From positions 90,770,001 through 90,834,000 of the forward strand of contig NW_024704743.1 of the NCBI RefSeq assembly GCF_018977255.1: DNA of 64,000 bases, given 5' to 3'. Each line of letters opens with the position of its first letter. Position 1 is the stretch's first letter. The translations under genes and the position numbers were made by a program. This stretch comes from Callorhinchus milii (Eukaryota). The notes under the pieces were generated by a model. That model had not been told where the DNA came from. It searched no databases and saw only the letters and a program-made list of their open reading frames with translations. This document shows, in pieces, positions 55,121 through 64,000 of the stretch.

Positions 55121-57178
55121 GTTGATTATTAAGTCACCAGCCTGATGGAAAACAGGACTTCTCCACAAGCTGAATGGTAGTCAATCTTGCACTCAACTAC
55201 TAAGAGCCAACAACTCTCTATATTGCAATGAATCATTGCCAAAAACTTACTGAAGCAGTTTCCAATATGTCCACCATGAGATTTTATAAAATCAGAGTCA
55301 GTAGCACCAGATTTAGAAATTATTGTAATGAGACGTGCACTGACTTAGTATAAAAATTGCCTATTCTTTACCTGGGAACGGCTCTATTATTGAGGTAGAT
55401 GTACCCAGTCTGTGGACTGTTCATTTTCATACTTTTGTACATAGTGCAGGACAGACAGGGAAGTCTTCACTATCTAAGTCAGGTTGCAGTTGTAACGAAC
55501 ACTCGCTGAATTACTTTTTTTGCTGATCATTCACAACACAAACATCTTATTTTTTCAATGTACGCTTCATATGTGCAAGTTAAAATAATCTTATTACAAA
55601 GCAACAGAGGTGTACGAAGGACAAATTTTGGTACCATTGTCTGAATTGGTGACCAGGAGAGAAAACAACAACAACAATAAAATTACATTTATAAAGTGCC
55701 TTTCACGTCGGGAGGATATCCCAAAGCGCTGAAAAGAACTCAGGAATGAATCAACTCCAAGGCTTATTTTACCCTGCAACGCCTCAAATGAAAGAGCACA
55801 ATGAGAAACATCTCAGCAATGTGAAAGATCATTGTCAGCTCAGTGGTAACCTGGCAACATTTTCAGAAACAGAAGTGCAGGTATTCAGAAATTCTGACCA
55901 GGACACAGTGAGATCAGTCACAGCAATTGATGTCTTTGCTGCATTATGGCAATGTTTAAAAAGCTGTTAAATAGGAGCATTGAAGTGCTTCATATTAAAA
56001 TATTTTCAAACTAAAATAAGTGCACGAGATGCCCCTGAATTACAAAGACCTTAGGTCAGTGAAGGGGCAAAAATTGCCCGAATCCAAGTCCTTTTACAAT
56101 ATTCAAGGTTTGTGAATACATGCTTGAAAATCATAACTTGTCCTTACCAATATCTTAGCACAAAATTCAACAGATCTAGATGGACAGCAAGTACCACGTG
56201 TTAAAGCAATATGTCTCTTTGCATGACTAGTTAGTTACAAGTACAGTATTAAGGTATTTAGTCTAAAAACCTTTCCAAACATTTAACAGTCATAAAATTG
56301 TGTTTCTTGCATATGCTAATCAAGAACCCAGGAATGGAACAGTGCTTGAAACAAGAGTGTAGGTAGGTCACAAGTGTTAGAGGAGGCTATCAGGAAAGAA
56401 ACAATTTATGCATACGCAATGACAAACATTTAGAAGTAGTCCTTATTAAAGTATGGCTCATTTATTACAGAATATTTCTTACAATTCATCTTTTTGCAAT
56501 TCTCATGAGAAAATAATTGAATATAATATTCAAATATACACTTAGTACAAGGACCATATGTTATACTTAGATGAAGACCTTGACATAACTTGATATTCAT
56601 GAATAGAAAACTATCTGGAAGATTGCGCTGAAAACCTTTATAGCATTCCTTGGTGAGATATACTTGATGAGACATACTTAGTCAAATGAAGAAACTCTCT
56701 GGTTTCATCAAATTTATCCCCACATAACCACATTTTTGGTTTGTCAATTCTATTTGTGGGAGAGCTTTTAATTTCAATTAAACTGTAATCAGAAAATATT
56801 CTGAACAAAGACATGTCTACAACTCAGAAGCTTTAAATCCCATGTTGATGATTTAAGTTAAAAACACAATGACGTGACTGAATCCCTAGTCTGGCAGCTC
56901 CTGATTAATCCCTTCTTTTAAACTTCAACTAATACGATTGAGTCATCCAGATACTGCATGTGCTGACATCAATGTGCTGGCACCAATAAATCCATCACCA
57001 TTTCTACTTTAAATGTTTCTTGGCTAACTGATCAGCAACAGTTGCACTTCAATAACTAGGATCTTAAGAAAGCATAATAGAATATGTAAAACTGTCACTT
57101 CACGGACACAAAGCAATTTTAAACACATCAAGCTGCACTTTTGCCTGTTCAATTGCTTGTCTGGAGAGCACAATTTGA

Positions 57179-57229
57179 GACGCTACCCTGCGTGGAGGGC
57201 ACTATATAAGTGGAAGTCGTTGCTGTTGA
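57179..57229 (+). mobile_element. Minimal L2 tail insertion with 18-bp flanking duplication
   Basis: ctggagagcacaatttga at 57161-57178 and 57230-57247. Confidence 0.8.
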
Positions 57230-59434
57230 CTGGAGAGCACAATTTGAAACTCAAGGTGAATGTGAGGGATTTTTCCACAAAATGTAGTCAATTAATTTTA
57301 GTATGTTCAGTACAGTATATTCTGTGAAGCACTTTGAGATGTCTCAACGCCGTGATAAGGCACTATTTCAAATGCAAGGATTATTATTATTACAAGTCTA
57401 TCACTGATGGTCTTTCACTATGACACAGAACTACATTCATGACTTACAAATCACTGCGACTTCTGTAATTTAGACCCTAATCTGTTTTACCACACAGATT
57501 TCCTAAACTCAATGGTCCGCAGTGCTGCATTAGTTCCTCTTCTGCAGACCTCAAAATGTTGGTTTTGTTTTTGAGTCAATATGAACCCGTGATAGCCAAC
57601 ATCAACGGTAGCTGCTGTAACCTCGGTGGATACTTGACTGACAGAGAGGATCCCAGTTGGTTGTCAAGATTGAAATGAAGAAGCTATGAGGTATTTTCTG
57701 AAGCTGTATTAAGTGATGAACCAATAATCAATCAGGATGAGCTTCAACACAATGCATTGCCTTTATTCAGAAAATTCAAGTGTTATTTGGTGCAAACCAA
57801 TGTAAGAATCATTTTTGGAATCGCAAACCAACTTCAAGCACATTTAAGGAAATAAGTTGGCCAAAGTTAGTTGCTTCCTTTTGTTGAATTCCCTTCCCAT
57901 TCTTTTCTCTGCTATAATGTTCTGCTCTTCTGAAGCCTCAAATCAAATCCATAGAAGACGAGCTTCTCTGGTACTGTGCCCAAGTGCTCATTCATCATGT
58001 GTGAGCCTAGATAGTGTTTTGTTCTGGATGGCTCATTGTTGGGGCAGTGGCTTTACCAAACAAGTCCACTGACTTTCTGTGCCATACACTGCAGAATATT
58101 TACTGTAACACAAATGTATTCTGTTTGCACAGAACACATCTGGATTACTTCCTGGATTAATTAATTTTAAGTGACCTTTTAAAGAACTATGACGTGACTG
58201 GGTGCAGCCAAAACCTATTCATCGAGTCAAAACCTGCTCCGTGCCTTTTACAAAAGTCCAATCACTGTATTTATGTGTTAATTATAATAGGTACTGACAT
58301 GCCATCTCAAAACTATTGGCTTCAGAGAACTGTATGTATGTCAGACTATCACGTATAACCTCAAAAGTAAAGGGAATGGGTGTTTATTTCAGTGATTACT
58401 AAAAATGATATTTTTAAATTTGGTAAATTAAGTTTTTAAAATAATTTACCAGGTAGGTGAATTCAATGCATTTTTAAACTTGCCCAGATTTGTGCTTTAA
58501 CTTTAAATGGTGAACATACTGGTTCATGCTTATATGATTGATTCACCACAAATTGCATTTATCTGTGGGGGAGTAGAGGATTTGAGCCTGAAATATCATT
58601 ATTCACTCTTCAGCAGCTGACTCAAAATTGCTAGTAACCTGGAAGCAGACCTGTATGTCTACTTATTTGGCTAAAAGGTGAGGGTGAAGGAGAAAATGAG
58701 TTCTAACATTTAAGAGATCCCCAAAATAGTCAGTTTAGTTTTTGCAATTTATAATGTGAATAAAGACAGGTAGACTTTACACCCATAGTCTATGAACACA
58801 CACACAATGACCATTCTGTGCTCTCACATCATTTAAAATAAGCATCTGAAATTACTAACTTCTGGTAGATTTTTTAAAAGTTCTGTCGGGATCCATTATA
58901 TAGTATCCCTTCATAATTATGCTTTTATAGTTTTCAAAAGGAATATTTCTGTTGAGTTATAAGATTTTACATACGGTACAATTAAGACAGCTGCTCCATC
59001 ACATAATGGGCACCAATTCCCGCTCTCTAGCGTTAAATGCTTTGTGTTTAACAATTCACTGCAATATTTTCTCTGTCTTATGTGCCCACCCCAAGTCTAC
59101 CAAGCCTTCTGGAAAATGGCATCAACCAGCCCAGTAATTAATGGTATTGCATTATCCAAAACAATAGTCACTTATGCAGCTTTTCAATACTACACTATTT
59201 AAGCTGGTAGTTTTTTTTTGTACCAGTTGGGTTAACACAGTGCAGTCATTTTGATGTTGAAATCATCAAATAGCATACAGAACTAAAAGTAAACAAGAGT
59301 GCATGGCTAACTATCCCAGGCCAACATAGGAACTAAATTAAAGAGACATGGTTGATTTTGTTTGGAAGGCTGCAGAATGGGGTTTGCCAAATTACAAGAT
59401 TGGAATTTCATTAGCTAGATATCCATGCAGGATC

Positions 59435-59739
59435 AATAATAATAATAATAATCCTTGCATTTGATATAGCGCTTTTCACGTCGGGAGGACGTCCCAAAGC
59501 GCTTCACAGAACACACTGTAAAGTGAATTGACTGTATATTTGTGGGCGAACGCGGCAGCCAATTGCGCACAGCAATGTCCCACAAACAGTCGTAGATTGA
59601 AAATGACCAATTCATTATTGTTTTGTTTTGGAGGGATTATTATTAGGCTCTATGTGGAGTAAGGAAACTTGCCCAAAGTTTCGCCCTGCCTGGAATTGAA
59701 CTCAGGTCTCTCACTTGCAAAGCGAGTGTTCTAACCACT
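59435..59739 (-). mobile_element. Young SINE, near full length
   Basis: Reverse complement of 9916-10233 lacking the first ~11 nt. Confidence 0.9.
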
Positions 59740-61689
59740 ATAATTAATAAAGATGAGCCACCATGAAAGAGATTGGAAATTGCAGACAAATACTTTTTGC
59801 TCAAATACAGCAAAAGCTCCTGCAACACAGTTTACCTAGGGATATACAAGACTAGACGCTACCATTGTGGTCAATCTACTGGTCCTAAAGTAAAGAATAA
59901 ATACAGGGTGACCAAAAATCTTATTTTTCAGTTACCCTATTAACTAAAAAAAATCTTTAAGATTTATTAGACATTGTAATGGTATCGTGACGCTTTGGTC
60001 ACCCTATACATAATCCTACAATCATGTCTTCACCAAATACTGCATTTATCAAATTCTGTTGAATTTGCTCACAATTGGCTCGATGTTCCTGGGTATCTAT
60101 TCAACTCACAATGGATCTCCATTAGAAAACATCTGGATCCATAAAATCCTAATCTGTGTTACAGTGCAGAGGAGCTTGCCTATGCAAGCACAAAAAGAAA
60201 AAAATGGCCGATTTCTGGGTCATCATCTCATTCCAATGTAAGTTACTGCTTTCTGCACATGTATAAATTGGGAAGTGAGGTTGATAACAATCTGATGACC
60301 TGGACATTGGCCATTTTCATTGTATAGGAACCTAAAACGACTGACTTTAAGGCAGTGACCTTGTATGGATGCTCGGGCAGAACCAGCAAATACATGCCAT
60401 CTCCTCAACATGGAAAGCGTGATCTAAAGGTGCCACAAGAACAGGCTGTCCTCAAAGCAATTTTAGTCCACAGGCAAAGTCGACTATATAAAGTGCACTA
60501 CAGCCCTGACCTCAGGTTCTTTGATCAGTTCTGTTACGATCGTAATGAATGGTCTGCCCGCATTTGTGCAGGAATTGGAAATTGCACACTGATTAAAAGG
60601 TATGATCCACAGATGGGTGCTTTAAATCACACTGACATTTCTTATCCAACATAAAATGTTACCAGACAATTTGTTGTAAACCATAGCAGAAAAGAAAAGG
60701 TAAATGCAACAAATACATTTCTTTCATGTAACAGTTCAGCTCCTTCTATGAATGCAGCCTTTTTGTCACGCATTAAAGGTTATTCTGGATTGCTCTCTCA
60801 CGATCCTTAATAAATATAATTCCAATATAAAAATGTGTGGGTGTGCAAATTGTTTACAACTGTAGATTAAATTTCTGAAAACAAAAGTTAAATTCTTCAG
60901 AATCTGCAGTAAAAGATCAAATTTAATCAGACATAAAAAATTAAAACCATGTTCTTATAGTGAACAGGAGCACCACTTCTCACTCTTTCAAAAAAACAGA
61001 ATACTGAATATTTGAGGCTTGGATAGTATCACACTGTGACTTTGACAACTTGAGTGGCAAATTGTGTGTAACTGGAAATCCTGAGGCTCTAGATAAGGTT
61101 CAAGATATTAAACTGAAAGTGATCATCAAGTATTGCAACTGCAGCAGATTTCACACAGTGAGCAGGGCCAAACATCACACTGACATTGTGGAACTATCTG
61201 AATGACAATAATTAGATAAGACATCTGTTTTGGTACATTAAGAGACTGAATATTTTAAATGTAAAAATACTTCAAAGCATTTTTATTGAATAGTGCCTAA
61301 TTTTAAGTGTTCTTTATTCAAAGAATGCCACAGAAGAGCACAAAGAAAATACCACGACACACCTTGAAATAAAACTAAACTCTGCCCTGAAGGCATTTTG
61401 CTTCAACCTATGTCAAGAGGAAGCAAAAGTAAACCAGACAAGTGGTCCATTAGTTCTTGGTTTTAAAGAAATCCTAGGAATGTGCGAATTTAACAAGTAA
61501 AGCTATTTATTTTTCAAAAAGACAAACCCATTGCCTGAAATTAAACCATTGAATGCAAGTGTGACCAGTCGAGGGTCCCAAATGCTAATCCATAGTAAGT
61601 AATAAGAGTTGTACTATGAGTAATAGAACTCTAGTAATATTATGAGCAAATCTTAATTCCATGCAGAATTTCAATGTCTGTACATTGAG

Positions 61690-61950
61690 GAACCCAATCA
61701 TTAGTCAACTGGCGGATTGCTTTTCGTTGGTAATAATTAATCCCTTAAAAAAAGAAATTTTTGAAAAAAATTATAATTTGGTCACTCAATCCACGACTGT
61801 TTGTGGGACACTGCTACGTGCAATTGGCTGCCACGTTTTGCCCATAAAAATACACTCAATTCACTTTACAGTATATTCTGTGAAGCGCTTTGAGGCGCCT
61901 CGAAGACGTGATAAGACGCTATATCAAATGCAAGGATTGTTTTTATTATC
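61690..61950 (+). mobile_element. SINE, older subfamily, 5' truncated
   Basis: ggtcactcaatccacgactgtttgtgggacactgc...atcaaatgcaaggatt. Confidence 0.75.
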
Positions 61951-63460
61951 ATTTTTACACCTATACACTGCCAGCACCTAAACACATGACCCAACGTTAC
62001 ACATTACTTATTAAGGTGTTAAGGCTTGGATTATACAAGACATTCAACACTTCAACTTCAGTGGGATCAGCTGTTTTTATGTTTCTACATTTACAGTGGG
62101 ATCAAAACACTGCAGTTATTCATAATGTTGCAGGCAGGTGGCCATCACATGCATTATGCAGCCATCATCAGTAGCCCACTGCATGGTTCCGTAACCATTC
62201 ACTGCACACTGCTGCTGTGACACAGCTTGCTTCGCCTTCCCTCTGCTCCGTGCACTTCTGGGGAACATCGTCACATTGAAGCATTTCCTTCAGTACCACA
62301 GATTACAGCAGCACCTCTGCTAATAATGAAGGGAATGACCATGATTTGTCAGTGCAAAAGTGATATCAATGTCATGCATATGTCAGAGCTGAAGTGGCTG
62401 CAGGCGATCATTTCACAATAGCTCCAGGTGCTACATCTCCTCGGTGAAGCAGAACACGTCTTTCATTCCCAGCCAAGCACCCGTTGAGCTCAAAGAGCAA
62501 ACATTCTGAAACAGAGTGAAATAAACAAAATCCAAAACTTTGGATCAGGTGATTTTTTTGGACTTTAGGTTGTTATTCTTTCCTTCTCCTCAGTCGCTCG
62601 TCCCCCCAACACTGCACATCACCAACCATACATAAGCAATCTGAAAATAAATTCTGGGAACAACAACAATTTGCATTTATATAGTGCCCTTCATGCCGGA
62701 CCATGTCTCGGAGCGCTTGAATATAAATAGAGATAAACAACCAAGTAATAATTCTCCTTAAAAATCTTCAATGACATGAAAGGTGAAGATAAAGGAATAG
62801 GGACAAGGAAAGGTGTGATCGGTAGTTGTTTGTACAGTGCAATCACACTACATGACGTGCAAACATCTCATTGGTGCTACTGCTGGGTTAGTAGTAATAT
62901 TCAAATAACTCTCAGTAGGTGTGGCAGTGTTAAGAACACCTGCAAACAACCAGTGATGTAACAGATTGCTTTTGACATTGTGAAGATGAGAAAAGGTTGT
63001 ATCAATGTGACCCACTCCTCATCTCCAAAAATAAATACAGGGATGTTTAGCTTGAAGAATACAGATACCATTAGCCAAACACTCAGCACAAGCCTCTTAA
63101 AACATGTGAATGTAAAAAGTTGGCCTCCTTCACGATAGCCTCTGCTACCCGCCCCCCCACAAAAAAAATTGGAAATTAAGTTACCAGATGTTGGGAGTGA
63201 GTACCCTACCTGCTCATTGCCATCTATTGTACTGACTTTGCAAAACTTTAAGGGGACTAACTTTTCAATTTACTTTGAATTAAAATCGGAATTGAGTGAA
63301 TTAGTACAATTCGCCTAAAGCACACAGTCACTACACTTCACAGAAAACTTTGTGAAGTGCTTCGAGATATTCAACCTTATAGACGCTGTCTCAAAATGCA
63401 AGTCCTATTCATAAAATGAAGCACAGTGAATGTTTTTCTCTTTCAGATGCTTATTTGCCT

Positions 63461-63691
63461 GCCCTCGGTTTCTATCTATGCCCTCGGTTTCTATCTATGC
63501 CCTCGGTTTCTATCTATGCCCTCGGTTTCTATCTATGCCCTCGGTTTCTATCTATGCCCTCGGTTTCTTTCTATGCCCTCGGTTTCTATCTATGCCCTCG
63601 GTTTCTATCTATGCCCTCGGTTTCTATCTGTGCCCTCGGTTTCTATCTGTGCCCTCGGTTTCTATCTGTGCCCTCGGTTTCTATCTATGCC
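63461..63691. repeat. 19-bp minisatellite, 12 copies
   Basis: Unit gccctcggtttctatctat with a few single-base variants. Confidence 0.95.
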
Positions 63692-64000
63692 AGACAAATA
63701 AGCATCTTAAAGAGAAAAACAACTTACCATTTTGGATATGACCCTTTATTAGAACTGAAACACCAGCTCACCATTTTAGTTCTTGAGGAGCCAGACCAAA
63801 AGGTTACCCCATTTTTCTCTTTCAGTTGTTGATCGACTTGCTTTGCAATTTACTCTTGCAAGTTAATTGCTTTTAGGTACTTGGCATTTCAAACCCATAA
63901 TAGTTTTTCAAAACTTTAAACTGAGAGTTCTAAATAAATGGGAGCCATGGAAATCTGTGATACAGTTTTCTTAAAATTGGCTAAAACTGATGTAAAACAT

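Larger units (their letters stand above)
35776..64000 (-). other. EXT1: EXT1 intron 1 (partial; exon 1 beyond the window end)
   Basis: No exon-1 coding sequence found upstream of the exon 2 acceptor; EXT1 intron 1 is known to be very large in vertebrates. Confidence 0.85.

Noticed and set aside
63416..63832. Three overlapping repetitive ORFs, and a superficially CRISPR-like array
   Set aside because: A stop-free 19-bp tandem repeat with no spacers; eukaryotic context and no cas genes.

Overview
Eukaryotic (vertebrate) genomic DNA. The repeat content (DeuSINE-type and tRNA-head SINEs, L2/CR1 LINEs, Penelope-type ends) suggests a cartilaginous fish, possibly a holocephalan; this is an inference. 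The only protein-coding gene I can support is exostosin-1 (EXT1) on the minus strand. Coding exons 2-11 lie between 35775 and 7891, all with GT-AG boundaries. Exon 1 is outside the window, so about 35.8-64 kb is intron 1. Nine of ten exons have the lengths I recall for human EXT1. Exon 4 is 119 nt instead of 120, giving a frameshift and an early TAG; this is either an assembly indel or a loss-of-function allele. The rest is intronic/intergenic DNA dense in retroelements. Notable structures: a ~600-bp inverted duplication forming a composite SINE, Penelope-type ends with degenerate minimal hammerhead ribozyme cores, a hAT-like element with an 8-bp TSD nested in a DeuSINE, and several locally templated insertions at LINE junctions, including a 29-bp copy of EXT1 exon 8. 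I found no convincing new multi-gene system. Nearly all other ORFs in the track are repeat-derived or spurious. All alignments were done by eye and repeat boundaries are approximate.
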